A DNA stretch of 64,000 nucleotides from Convolutriloba macropyga (Eukaryota), in assembly GCF_964194025.1 (NCBI RefSeq), contig NC_134478.1, positions 30,380,001 to 30,444,000 on the forward strand, written 5' to 3'. Position numbers and translations under genes: made by a program. Every line of letters begins with the position of its first letter. Position 1 is the first letter of the stretch. Positions 1 through 13,882 of the stretch are shown here, one piece after another. The notes beneath the pieces were generated by a model, which saw only the letters and a list, made by a program, of their open reading frames with translations, ran no database searches and was not told the DNA's origin.

Positions 1-601
1 GTATGTTTTTGTTGCCTCCATTAGCTGCTCTCTACTAACCTTCATTTAGAGTGACACACACCCATTCATCTCTTTGAATAAAAGTAAATAAAAGTCAATT
101 TCAAAGTGCGGAAGTCATTTTTGAGAGTGAGGTAAGTCAAGTGTGACCAAAACATAGCATGACAAGTCCTGACGTACAATTCAAAGAATTTTCATTGACT
201 AAACAAAAACTAGACCTAGAACGGACTATGAATGGATTGGGAGAACCATTTAGAAAAAAAATCCGATCCAAAAAATCAAAACAGTAAAAATCAGAGTGAA
301 ATTGCCGCATGTGAACAAACCACTTGCGAGAAAGCAAATTTTTGTTCAAACACCGTTTTCTCACTCTACTTAAAATTTAGAGCGAAAAAATTTCACGCCG
401 CAAAACCACTCGCTTTTTCACTCCATTTCCTGTTTCGGCGTGACCAAAATCACTACCCAAATTTGACTTCAAAAATCATGAAAATGTGTGAACAGATCTT
501 AAAAAAAGACAGCGCCCCAATACAATTCAAATTCTTTGAATTGTAAAAAAAAACCAAGAGAAGGTCAATAATAGCCCCAGCTATCGCTGTGCGGCTATTA
601 A
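1..601 (-). mobile_element. HINE/DINE-1-like non-autonomous Helentron family A, partial copy (runs off window)
   Basis: Ends in the terminal hairpin AATAGCCCCAGCTATCGCTGTGCGGCTATTA (568-600) shared with copies at 25.2, 28.5 and 30.2 kb; body closely matches 27590-28502. Confidence 0.7.
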
Positions 602-2980
602 AAATACATTTAGCGCCAACCCAACAACTACCAAAAATTGTAACTCCCTTTAAAGTTAAAGACACGCCATGATGAACAAATAACCTTGCACAAACAATGA
701 TCTGATTGAAATATTGAATGGGCCTAACTTTTTAAACAAGTTACATTTTTGTTTTGTTTTTCTTTTTGTTTGTTATAATATTCCTGTCTCTGATTGCTAA
801 TCGAGTAAATTAAATGAGTTCTGCAATTTAGTAAAACTGAACTTATCCCGCGAGAACATATTCTTTGATATTTTAGATTGATGAAAAAGGCAAGTTATTA
901 AGGGCCAAACAAATTCTGGTGTAAAGCTGGCAGCAATGTCTTCTCAATTTTCCAATTGTAAAGCAGTATTTTGATTTGAAGAAACTAGAGGGAAAAATAT
1001 TCAGAATACATTGGAGGTATCGAATCAAATCAAAATTGTGCCAAATACATTTTGCTCTTAACGCCGCACAATTGAGCTGCTTTTCTAAGAACACACATGC
1101 ATTAATTTTTGAACCATTATAAAGTAGGTGTTTTTTTCGCCATGGAAACTCAAGTTACCATCAATTCGAACTCTTCATGATCGGAGTTAAATTTATAAGA
1201 CTTTGTTTCACGAATGACTTTCTTCTGCGTTTCACGAATGACTTTCTTCTGCATTTAACAAATATAAAAAATTAGGTTTTAGAAGTGTTAACATAAGTTG
1301 ATGTTAATTAAAAGACAATAAGGTTATAGGTGTTAATCACGAATTTTATTTTTCTTTTATTCAATGATATATATCAGAAGTTAACATTATATCTCAGCAT
1401 GCTGAATTAAATCAGTTTGCTCGTCTACTCTTGAGGTCATATCATTGCTATACAAATCAAAAACAGAAATGGCCCTTGAACAGTTCCTTGGGGTAACATT
1501 CTTGTAATTGATAATTCGTCTGCTACTGTCCAGGAGGACAAATTCCCGGCAGATTTAAAAACAGGTTAAACTTTATTATGAGCTTTCATCAAAACCAAGA
1601 ACATCTATCTTAAAGTCCCAATTCTTTAATTGAATTGAATTGAAAGCCTTGGAAATGTCTATTAAAGCAGCAGAAAATGGTCCTCTTCAGTTTTGCTTCA
1701 GTTGTATTTAGTAAATTATTAAGGAATCAAATATTAAACATATTACTGAGTAAACTATTGTCGTTTACTGAGTAAACTATTGTCCTCGAGATATTGAGGA
1801 AAATGATTAATTTTAAAAAAAGAAATGCATAGAGCAATTGAAATAGCAAGATAGTTAAATTGGTTTTCACGGGTTCTCCTTTTTATACAAGAGATTAACA
1901 TATGATATTTTTAAATCATCTGAAAAATTGATGAAAGCAAATTGACTTAAAAATATATAGATGCGTAGAAATGACAAGGCTGGCATCTACAAGACCCCAA
2001 CGAGGGATGCACCCTTAGGCCCATTGGATGGTCCACTAGTTGTATTCTTACCGAGCATTTTGAACGCATCGAAGCAATCTGTCACAGGTAAACAAAACTA
2101 AAACGTATATTTGTGAAATTAGATGAGTTTGATAAAGTTGCCAAAGGTCCCTTATAGTCGTCAAATGCTGAAAAGCAGTAGTTTAGAATATTGCAATTTT
2201 CCAGCCTGTTACATAATGCGCAAGTACATTTTTAACGCTAAAAATAATCGCCTTCGGTTTGTCCGGGTTTCGGACTGATTTCATTCATCAATAATCGTTT
2301 CTTCCTATCAGTTTCAACAACCAAGTCTCATTGAAAAAGGCTAAAATCATTACCTTGAACAACTGATTGTTCGTTGATTTCAAAATATCTTCAAAACTCA
2401 TGAAAATTTTTTCGCTATCTATCGTCAGCTGCTTTAAATCAACATCCTTTAGATCAACTTGTCTCATCAAATGTTTTCATCCTTTAACATAACTTTTTAG
2501 TATAATTTAGCAACATATCCAACATGATATCTACACGTTAACAAATTACTCCACTCTTTATAATGAAGGATTCTTTGAATTCAAGAGAACAATCGTTTTC
2601 TTTTCTATCGTTGAAGGTTAACGCAGAAGATTTTGCTCTGTTCTGATATAAAATTTGTGAAAACTAAAACTATACAAAATTATTTTATGTTATCACCTGC
2701 GCGTCTAATATAGAAGACAAACAGATATAGTGTGATCGACCACTTTTGGCATTGTTGGATCTGTTAATGCGTGTGAGATTGCTTTGATTTTTGAATTATA
2801 AGTCATATGCAATAACTATCGTGTCAAGTTTACATCTTTGAAGGTTGTTTCAAAAAACTTGCAGTAATCCCGTACTAGAACAATTTTCTCGTTCTTAATT
2901 ATTGAATTGTCGATATTGATGGCGAGCTGGTAAAAAAATTCTGATTTATTTTGCTTGTTGGGAATATAAGGAACATTCAA

Positions 2981-3220
2981 GGGTGACGAAGTGTTTGGTG
3001 GGAGTGTTAGTCAGAGTTGGGAGTGTTACCCAGATGCTCTAAATTTTTAAAGAAAAAAGTTCATGTTATTGAAAACTCTAAGCGAAAGTACCCTAGGTAT
3101 TAGTGTCATCACTCCACAATCCTTCTGTTTCCATTTTCAAGTTTGGAGCGATTGTTTTTGAAACAAAAGAAGGGCTACTAAAGACTTTGTACGATAAGAA
3201 TAGAGCTGGGTTCGTCACCC
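2981..3220. mobile_element. Possible MITE (240 bp) with 10-bp terminal inverted repeats
   Basis: GGGTGACGAA at 2981-2990 and TTCGTCACCC at 3211-3220; no target-site duplication seen. Confidence 0.35.
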
Positions 3221-3906
3221 ACTAGAAGTAAAAATACCAATACCAGCATTATTTAAACAAACTTTAACTTCGTTCGTGGAAGGCACATGAGGGTCAAAAA
3301 GATCTCGCTTTTGAGGAATTGTTGCTACCGCTAATTTTTTGTTCCTGCTGACGCAACAATGCCCCCGGCCATAAAAAAACAAAAAAAATTGCGTAAGTAC
3401 ATTTTGATTGTTGGGTTGACAAGAAAAATATATGAAAAGACATTAGAAATCGGACCTTATGTTAACAGATCTCATTATCAAAAGTATAACAATATTGCTA
3501 CGATCAAATTAATTGATGCAAAGCGGCTATGCTCGCTTTAGATCAAATTAAACGCTCGTGTTAAACCAATTTACCAACTCAATTTAAATTCAAACGCCCG
3601 CTATAAATCAAATCGAACAGCAGCAGAGATTTGACCTCTCAAATCAAACAGATCAGCACTATAGATAAAAATTGCAACTATAAAGACAAAAATGTTTGAT
3701 GAAAAAGTATTCCTCGCTTTACAAGCAAGATATTTAACAAATTTACCTAAAAACGTACAAATAATCATATAATCATTAGTACAAACAGCCTATAAATTTA
3801 ATCGGGAAAATAATAAATAATTTTATGTTCATTGAACAAGGAATCTTCAAAATGCGCATGCTGTATCTAAAAATTATCACAACTCTTCTGTATCTAAAAA
3901 CTATCA

Positions 3907-4275
3907 CATAGCTGGCAGATTCTCAGAAAAGAGCCTCAATAGCTTTGTAGATTTGCAGTCTCAAAAAAATTTAAAAAAGCAGACCGGAAAAGAAGTTTAC
4001 CTTTTTCAAATTAATCGCTGAGATGTTATTATAAAAACCAGTTCAAGTTATGGCTGCTCTCAAATGATTTTAAATAAGAGTGAAATACACTCAGTAAACT
4101 TTACCTTCTTGAATTAACGTGAGTGAGTGAAGGCACATCTGATACAAAACTAATTCACACAAATGAAAAACAATCGCTCCAGTGAGTGAAAAATGACCTC
4201 ACGCAAGTAATTCAGTCCAAATCGCATAAATGAACAAAGAGCAGATTCGAAGCAATCATGACGCCATATGGTCGC
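3907..4275 (-). mobile_element. HINE family A, diverged 3'-end fragment
   Basis: CATAGCTGGCAGATTCTCAGAAAAGAGCC matches the family A end at 27451 and 24681; the following sequence aligns with 24700-25110. Confidence 0.55.
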
Positions 4276-6698
4276 ACCAAGAACTCTGGAAGCCATTCTA
4301 ATTGCCACACCCTGTCAAAAAAACAGTAATTGCAGCCTTGAACATTATATTGTGTCTGAAAACAACTATTCTTTGCCATACCAAAAATTATTCAGCTTAA
4401 ATATTTTTAAAAAACGTAAACCAACGTCGTAAAAGAAACAGTTCAGAATTGACATGATGTACGGAAGCAAATAAAAAACAATTACCACCTCATTCAGGAA
4501 CCAAATCTAAAAGCCACAAAGCATTAAATCAAATGAAAAAAACTTCACAGCAAAAATACTGAAATCTCGAAACCACAAAATTGTTGTATTAGGAACATCT
4601 GGAAAAGTTGAAAAACAGTTAAACATTTTAAGATGGACGAATACTAACACACTCTAAACTGGCCGGACTACTAAAATTGCCGAAAGAATTGAGGCTGTCC
4701 AATTGACTGTAAGACCCCAAACACACATTGGGAAAGCATGCAGATAGAATTCGTCCAAATTTAACTGAATTATAAAAAAAGAACCAAAATTAAGTTCTCA
4801 AAATAATAACATCTTGGCATCGCATAAATTTAAAAAATATCAAAAACTACTCTGTTGATATCTTTGTCAAAATGAATTCAAACTATTGCAATATATAAAT
4901 TTATCAGAAAAAAATCATGAAGGAAACAAAGGTAAAAAAAAACCCGCTTATTGCCAAAACTTCAACGCCACAAGAAACGCGGCAGATAATGATAAACTGC
5001 AATTTAAATTTTAAAAAAATCTTAAATTAAAAAAAATTAGCGCGGCAAATTGTTAAAGGAAATCAACAGCAAACAAAACTATTGAAAAGAATATAAGCAA
5101 AAGGCTAGTCTTTAATTTCATTCAACAATTCAGAAAGGCAGAGCTAATAATATTGTAGGTTATGCCGACAACTTAGCATATATATTGCATAAAAAAGGTC
5201 CCAAAATCTAGCATGTGGCGGTAACGGATACATTGTAAAAAAACTACAAAGGGCATCTTCATAAGTTTACAACTTGAAAATCCGATTTTAAAAAATTAAC
5301 TAGAACAAGTTGATTTCATTATCTATTATTGAAGGTTCAGAAAAATTGTTTATCCTTCATCCTCATGTCAACATAAAACAATGAAAATAATTTAAAGATG
5401 CCAAACGTCGAAAAATTTGCCAATAATGTCAAAAAAACGGGAAAAAATCAATAATGAAAAAATTAATTAACACAAAGTTCAAATACCTGACGGTGAGTAG
5501 GAAGGATGTTCATATTTAATCTAACAAAATAAACACAAAAAACTGGACAAAATCCTCCAAAATCTAGAATGTGCACTATCTCATATTAAAAAATAACTCA
5601 TGTCAAAAACAGACATTTAAGGTCACCATGTACACTCATTACGAAACGATTGGCTGAAACATTTGAAAAATTAATTAACAAAACTTTAAATGAACTGAAA
5701 AGTTGAGACCAATCAGCCTATTTTGAAATTGAAACGCATTGTTGATCTCTAGAAAAAAAACCCACTAAAATATCAATTACAGACTGTCACACATATTGAT
5801 GCAGCTTCAATTTAAAAACATTACTACAAAAAAACTAAACCAAAAGGAAACAATAGAGCCAACTAGACAAACAAACGGTTCTCTGTATGCAGCATTGATT
5901 AAAAAAACACATTTCAAAGTTGCAAAGTCATTGAATCAACTCAGCGCATCAACAAAAAATAGCTGAGAAGTTACTTCACATGACAATTTCACTCAGTTTC
6001 GCTTTCAGATCAAAACTGGGGCTTAGGATACTAGCCAAGCTCGATTTGTTGAGGCCAATTTTTATAGATATTAGGCAAAAATTTTCACCAAACATTTTGC
6101 GGAAATCCGAAAAAAAACAAGTGAAATACATAGATGTCGCTCAAAATCCGTTTGATGCACCAACGTAAGCGTGTCCCTAACTATTGTCTTTACATGAAAA
6201 TGAGTTTGAAAGCCTGTAAAATGTACTGTTTTTTTTTCAAACTATTGCATTTCTATAACCCTCGTAAACACCATGGAATATAATTTTGGCAATATTTAGA
6301 AGAAAACGAGTGGACAAGATGAAAAATGTTTTGCATTGTTCTAAATAGCTCAGGGCTATGGTATGGAAAAAAAATCGAGAAAAAAGCTGCAAACGCTCAA
6401 TACTTCTAAAACTTTAGACTGTGTTTTTGTAAGTTATTATCATGTAAAGACAATTTTAGAAACAACTTAACACTTTATAGAGTCCAGTATAGTCTGAAGT
6501 ACCATATATAAATGTTTTAATTGTTTTCGCCTAATTTCCACAGAATTTTAATTGGAATTTTTTGCCCAATAGCTACGAAAATTGGGTTCGCCTAATCGAG
6601 CTTTCGCCTTCCAGTTACATCCGGTAAAAATCAACAAACGGCCAATAATAGCCCCAACTTTCTCTTTGAGGCTGTTAATAATGCTGACTTATATTTAC

Positions 6699-6979
6699 CT
6701 CGCATCGACTAATAACTCCGCTAACTCCCCCAGCGGGTTATCAGAATAAACACTTGGTTCTTCATTGATACTCTGCTGTAGAAGAGCTCTCAATTGAAGA
6801 ACATACACAGAACCATCACAAAGAGCTATCTGAATCAAAGAGAGTTTTTCCAGTCTTTCTTGAAGCCACTCCTGTGATGATGAGTCGTTTTTATCATAGC
6901 TCAGAGCTTCGATCCAATCACTTCTGTTAGCAGAATCATTGTTCAAGTTGGATCCCCACTCACAGTCGAATCCGATCAC
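6699..6979 (-). CDS. Exon of a DEDDy 3'-5' exonuclease (EXD2/WRN-exo-like), ExoI motif
   Basis: VIGFDCEW (ExoI D-x-E-W) followed by LSLIQIALCDGSVYVLQL; bounded by acceptor tattAG (6981-6980) and donor GTAAAT (6698). Downstream exons not found in 1-6698. Confidence 0.8.
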
Positions 6980-7168
6980 CTAATATACATAATTAAAATT
7001 AAAAAACGTCGAAAAAGGGTTTACCACCTGCTTTTATCCTAGAGGATCTCAATAGCAAAGATATAACACGTTATAACATATCAAGGATCGCAAAAATAAG
7101 CATCGTTATCTTATCAGCTAACTTGTATCAGTTTAGCCCTAACCAAAGTTTAATTTCGAAATTCTCAC

Positions 7169-7326
7169 AGAAAATTTTTGAGTCTGTTCTCTGATGTGAG
7201 GAATGCATGACTTCAGTTGTAAAATGTCTTGGACCAGAACTGGTTTCAACTCCAACAGCAAAATTTCATGAAACAAAGAACCGCACTTCTTCAGAAACTG
7301 ATACACGCGCACTCCAAAAATCAAAC
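7169..7326 (-). CDS. Preceding exon of the EXD2-like exonuclease
   Basis: Acceptor gtttcAG at ~7327, donor GTGAGA at 7168; phase-0 join gives ...SCIPHIREQTQKFS|VIGFDCEW, like the helix preceding ExoI in EXD2. First exon unresolved (candidate ATG at 7563). Confidence 0.6.
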
Positions 7327-8067
7327 CTGAAACAAAACATCACAACATTACTATTGACTATCTTGAGTGATTTTTATCACCGTTCCTTTCACTAACGCAA
7401 AAGATTGGCTGGCCGTTGAGATAAAATGAAGATAGTTGGTTTGATTATGTAATATGACCCAAAAATCACGCCGAAAACACCGATAATCGACAACTAAAAC
7501 TTCAAAAACAAAAATAGTAACATTAGGACATGTTTAACCACTTGGAGCAACAAGTTTAGCCATAAGCCACAAAAATGCATTTTTATAAAATCTTTTATAC
7601 GCTTTTTGGAACTGTCGCAAAATCTCTCATATTGTCGCAATATAACATTAAATCAATTTTGGCACAGCTTTCTTGATACGGCTTCTGTTGGCCCGAAAAA
7701 TTTCCTAAGCGCCTACAAATGAGTGTCTGCCTAAACTGCGTTTTGATAACCCGCAACATGTATTGTTGACATTGACAGGCACGACTAACAGTACTAAAAA
7801 ATTTTTTATCCCATTTCAACTAATGCCACGATGCCCAATTAAAGGAAAATTGATTGATATTAGGGTTCAGCAATCCGATTACAGAATAACAAAAAGCATA
7901 TCGAAAGCATGCTTTGCCTTACTAATCGCTTTGGTTAATTTGATCACATGAGTCTCAGTAGTCTCACTGGCCACTGCGACATTGCCGCGTTAATCTCGCT
8001 TGGAGACATCTAGGCGAATTATCTATTTCTGAAAACTTTGATTAATGTGTAAAAACACATTGTAAAA

Positions 8068-9150
8068 AACAAAGAGGTTCGGTAATGTCCCGTAACACAT
8101 ATGGACACAATGTTTTGACCCTGCTAATCCATATTTTTGAAATAAATATCTACCAAAAGAAAGACAGAAAACTAAATACTATTCGAAACCAATTGTTTGA
8201 GTTATGATTAACTCTTTTGGAAACCGAAGGGACATGTCATTGGTGGGAATCAGCAATAAAACTACAAAATGAAAACCAATGCAGGAAAAACTCAAAAAGT
8301 TACAAACAACTTACAAAAACAAAGTAATAAAGCCATTCAAATTATTTGCCATTACCTGCAAAAATTATCATTTCCACTTGCGTCTTATCTGATTATCTGT
8401 GCGATATTTCACTAGAAGGACTATTTGAAAATACAGCAAACAGAACCAAAAATATTGACCAGTAACAAAAACTCTGTAAAGAACTAAATTAAAACATCAA
8501 ACAGATAGTTAAATATTTGATTAACAAGAGAGTGGATGGCAATAGTCATTGATAAGACTACGTTTGAAGTTGACAAAAAACAAGATAAAGGGCCAAAAAC
8601 AAGCACTCTGACAACCAAATAAATTCAGAGTCATTCAAGTCAATAGCTATCAATTGAAGCCACTAAAATGGTTCATTTATACCTCAAAAGGAAGCCAATG
8701 ATACCTCTCATCAGCCCGAATAATTTTTTCGACCGCAAACAAATACATGCAAAAACAAATCAATCAAACCTCAATTTTAAAAATGATCAAATGGCCCTCT
8801 TTTCAACGCTAAGGGAACCTGTCATAATTGTGATGAAGTGCAAGACTTCAAAAAACCACATATATTACCAAACAAAATTTTTATGAAAACTCGTATAAAA
8901 ACCACCCAATAGATTAGATTCGTTTCATTTGAAGCAACATGGGACCTCTCATTTGTGCAAACGAGCTACAAGTTGACAGAACTGTGAATGAAACGAGAAA
9001 AAATTAGATATTTTTGTTTAAATAGTTTAGTAATATCAACCATTTAGTAATAACAAGGCATTGAATAGGTTCACTTATTCCTGTTTCGGAAGACCTTTGG
9101 ATTGTTGTTTAATAAGACTAAGTTCATAAGGCACAAAAAAGTGAAACAAA
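8068..9150 (-). mobile_element. HINE family B, old diverged copy
   Basis: 8068-8160 resembles the reverse complement of the family B 3' end (subTIR, hairpin, terminal TTGTT); patchy internal similarity to 17.4 kb. Right boundary approximate. Confidence 0.4.
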
Positions 9151-11236
9151 TGAAGGCAAAACTCTGCGCAAAAATATGCGCAATTCTTCGAAAACAAAAT
9201 ATATGTTTATTGGGATCCATCTGAACGTACATAGAATCTGTTTCTATTTAAGGATTGACATAAAAAATGACTGGCCTGTAATTGACGTGAAAAAAATTGT
9301 GAGAAGATAACACCGATCGGATAGAATGCGACCTCTATTGGTTGTAGAAATCTACGATGAGATAGAACTAGCCTTTCAATTGCTCAGCATCCGTTAAAAG
9401 CACGTAATTATTCCAAATCTTAGCTCAACACATAATTTGAAACATCAGTTTTATACAAAAACCTTCAATTGAACGCTAAAAGTGAACAGAATCAAGTCAA
9501 ATATCAAATGTTTACAAAACATTAAACCTCAATAGCTCCTAGAAAAAAACAAATTCAAAAAAACTTTTAAATTTAAAGCTCGTACGTTCATTTACTGACC
9601 TTTTTTTCGTATATCGGGATATTTTCCAAGTACTTGGGCGCTTTATCGTGACGCCTTATTGGGATCTTATAAATCGGTTGATATCCAAGTTAATTGAAAT
9701 TCCTAGCAAACACTACATCTTAAAGTGTCTGACAAGGCTGTGACATAGAAAACAACAAGGCTCGCATAATTTTGTTCATGCTACAGAAAATCACTAATTC
9801 ATATTTAGCGACAAACCATGGGTCGAATCACTTCATTGGAATTGAAATTGCATCAGTTCAGGAATATCAACTTTTTTGAAAATTTATACCAAGCAAAGAA
9901 TTTGATTGCGTTGGATGCTTATGCTCAATTCTAATCTGATTCTGCCAATCAATGGAAAGATTAATTGTTAATGTAATACTCCTATAAAGTGTTGAAAAAC
10001 ATTTTGTCGCCAATAGTATTGGTTTCGATTCATAATTCATCATCCCTCGTTGCTTATCACTTTTGCCGGCTGCGCTTAAGTTGAAGATTAAAAAAAGATT
10101 TTGACTAAATCTGTTGAGGCAACCAGATTTAAAGATTTTAAAAAATACTAATAAAACAGAAAAATAGTCCATATAGACAAGGTGCCTTCATTTTCTCAAA
10201 ACAACAAAACAAAAATTGTTTTTCGAGTTTTTGATGTCGCTTTCGCAAGCAGAGCACTCTTTTCAAAACATAAGAATATATAACTAAGCTCCGGTAGCAA
10301 GTATATCTTTACAGTTAGTGCAAAACTTTGAAAAAAATAACAAACAACCCACCCTTTCCGCTGCGGGTCAGGATGGCAGAGCGACCTTTATAATAAGAAC
10401 AGAATGCAGTAGGGCGGGGGGCTTTAATTTGATACCCTTCTCGGCTTTCCAAATGCAAAAAAAGGTGCGAATTTCACCGAAAAAAAAGAAACTGGCTTGC
10501 ATATTCCCCCATTTCTAAAGGAATGTTTGAACAATGAAAGAAACCGTTCCATCTACCAATCAGGCCACTATTGAAGTAGAAACATTGCTAGCTCATAAAG
10601 TTCTGAAAAGAAAGGATTCGTCCTGAAGAACGCTTGTGGCGTCAATCAAAAATTCAATTAAGGTCAAGTAAATTAATGCAGATACGTGCATCAAGTGACC
10701 GAAAATATTCAACAAAGTATTTGTGTCGATCTCAGTGAGAACCAAGTTCGGACAACTTAACTAGCGACCATAGAAACTGCGAACAAAAGCAAACTAACCT
10801 AACGCGGAGAAGCCAAAAGTTGCCAATAATTGAGATTGAGTTAAAATCTGGCCTCTACTCATAACTGTCCATACATAGAGAATCTTGACCAACAACGTTA
10901 TCTGAAAAATGTTTAAAATCAAAACAGGATCAGAAAGTAAGACAAACCATAACAAACTTCTTAAAACAAACGAACACAAGCAGAAGTTTTTCAGTTATAT
11001 GTTGGCCAATTTACTGAGCATAAAATCTAAAAAATAAAATCTGTGCATTGCTTATAAAAAACAAATTGAGCAATGAAACAATATTTGTGACAAATTATAA
11101 AGATAGACAAATCTTGGTATTGCATTCCGCTTATATTCTAATCACATTTAATGATTTGATTCAATTGAATCAGTCTTTATGGCGTAGAAAACGGTCACTT
11201 CTTAAAGTTAAGATCAACAGAGCAAATTTATAAATA

Positions 11237-13882
11237 AACAAGGCGGCTCGGTAATGTGCGATGGCACATAAGATTCCGACCCCGCCCATCCACAATTTTG
11301 GCATAATTGTCTACCAAATGAGGAACAGATAGAAAAACCCAAAAATTATTTTTTGCGAATCCCAAAAAAGCCCAAGTCTTTTTCAAAAAATTATGTATGA
11401 ACGATAAGATAGCCTCCAAAGCAAATAACGCAGGGGAGTAAAAATTGATGCATTAGATTGCTGTAATATGTCAATATTAAGAAAGCGAGTCAAGACGAAC
11501 AGCAAAATCAAACAACAACAACAACAAACACTAATTACATCAAAAAAATTATGTCCCTCTTAAAAACTAAAATTAATAACAAAGTCAACATACCGTCAGA
11601 TAAACATAAAACTAAACAAAAATAACTTATAAATCACCAGAAAACATATGCGACAAGTCCATAAAAAGGTTTGGTAACAATTATACAAAAAAGAACAAAA
11701 ACAGTAAAGTAAAATTAACTTTTTTTTGAAACAGTTAACTTCAAAGTAAAAAATACCATTAGGAATCAATTAATATTACCACAAATTTACGATTACCACT
11801 GCTTCTATAGAAGGGCATTAGGACCTGTCTTATTCAGTTTTTAAAGCGGCTAAAAAGAACAACAAAGAACAAACAAAATTTCAATTGAAACTTGCCAGAA
11901 AACGCTGTCAAAACCGTCAAGCCAAATTTTGGCACTCAAAATATATTTGATTGCGCCTTCTTCAAACAGCTATAATGTAGTCCGTGGCCATTCATTAGTA
12001 AGATTAGGTAACAAGTTGACAAAAAAGCGAAGTGCTAAAGTATGTGACACTTTTAATTTTTTTTTTCGAAACAGAATTACATTCAATGTCATGAAAGGCA
12101 TTAATTACAAAAAGAGCTATTTAAATCGTTTATTCATGAAAAAGAAGCCCTCGAGACCTGTAATTATCCAGAATATTTCTTGCATCTACAAAAAGAACGT
12201 CAAATATGACAAAAATCAAATTAATTTACTTTTTTTGCGAAAAACCGGTGTCGAAGCCAGTAAGGTCATAACAAATTCTTTAAAAAGATTTTGGGACACC
12301 AATCCCTCTTATTCCCTTACACCAATATTGTCATATTTGACCTGTAATTAACTAACGAGATTAGGTAACAAAAAGAAACATAAAAAGAACAAAATTGCGA
12401 AGTTAAAAAGTTTTTTTTTTAATTTTGGAAAACGATTGTTTTCAAGGTCATGAAAGCCATCAGCTATCTACTAATATCAGAATATCGGTTCTTCTATTCT
12501 TCCATGAAAAGCCAGTGATAGCTATCACTATACAGGAAATTTCATACGACCGAAACGACAAAGTATAAATGACAGAGACAAAATTAAAAAATTCAATTGA
12601 TTTCTTCAAGAAAGAGGCGTCGAGGCCGTTAAAAGGATGATGTATATCTTTCAGGATTTTAAAATGTTCAATTTTGCCTTATTCTGAATGCTAATAAGGT
12701 GACATGAGAACTGTCAAAAATGTGACAAATTAGAAAACGTGAAAAACTGGCAAATATCAAAACAAACAAAAATCTGAAATATTGTAGTATCAAAGCCAGA
12801 AAACAATAACTTCAGGCTTAAAACTGCAACCGAGAATAAATGTTGAATCAGTAGAAAGAAGAAGCAGTCTTTCTTTGCTGACACTAAGCTGGAAGTTGAA
12901 CAAATTAAGAAAAAAATAGAGGAAAAGTTAATTAAGCCATTATTTATTGAAAAGTCAATTATTTTTAAAAGAAACGACCATAAAATTTTAATTAAAAAAC
13001 TAAATGCATTAGCTTGGAGCTGCTTAGCAAGCGAATTGGTTGGACCTATCACTCCTGAGCTTTGATTTGATATGTTCTGTTCTTTATTATTAAAAAAAAG
13101 TCTTTTTTTTTAAAAAAAAAAAAACCCACTGATTACAACCCGATTTTTTTTGGATTGTAACAGTCCAAGAATGGCCCAAAACTAGACCTGCCATTACTTA
13201 TTGTCCGTTAGGAACAACTGATTTTTCGAATGTTGTAGATATAGATAATTTGTTAGTTGAAAACTCAAAATAAATTCTGCATTTTTGATAATCAACGATT
13301 AAAGTTAGCAAAAAACGGCAACGTTTTAACTACAGTGCACTCTCAGCGGACTCTGAAGTAGAAATAGCCCCCCTCTGAGTCTACAAAGATTGTATGAGTG
13401 TTGTTTGGGGGTGTACTGTCGGCAAATTTAATCAAAGTGGACTAAAGTAGCTTATTTCGTGCTGTTTTTGATGAAAAATGCTAAATTTTGATATGTTTAT
13501 CCAGATTTTTTGACCAAAAAAATTAAATCAAAACAATCAACAATGCTTGTTCGTCTTCAAAAATAAAATCAACGACACTATTCTTAAAAATTATAACAAA
13601 TTTAAGCAAAATTGACGAAAATTTAGGCAAAAATTCCGGAAAATGTGAATAAAAACAACGTGAATTCACTCTTCTTTCCTCAGAAGTTTAAACCTCGATA
13701 ACTCCCTGTAGAAAACGAAAATAAAAAAAATCTTTTTAATTCCATATTCTACGCTGGACGAGCTTTCTAATGATACCAGTCTCGACTCTCTACGATGAAT
13801 ATATCGAGCGGCGAAAATTCACGGAACAAAAAAAAACCCATTTGAGTATATAGTTCCTCCCCCCTCAAGAGGGTCGGAACAA
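11237..13882 (-). mobile_element. HINE/DINE-1-like family B, copy with both termini
   Basis: 5' end at 13850-13882 (reverse complement of TGTTCCGACCC..GGAGGAACTATA); 3' end at 11237-11285 (subTIR TTCCGACCC, hairpin TGTGCGATGGCACA, terminal AACAAG). Confidence 0.7.

Noticed and set aside
232-546. Recurrent ~105-aa ORFs (232, 28124, 29862)
   Set aside because: They lie within HINE family A; frames differ between copies and there are no protein motifs.
1206-1785. Small tandem duplications (GTTTCACGAATGACTTT.CTTCTGC twice; TTACTGAGTAAACTATTGTC twice)
   Set aside because: Ordinary slippage duplications with no further structure.
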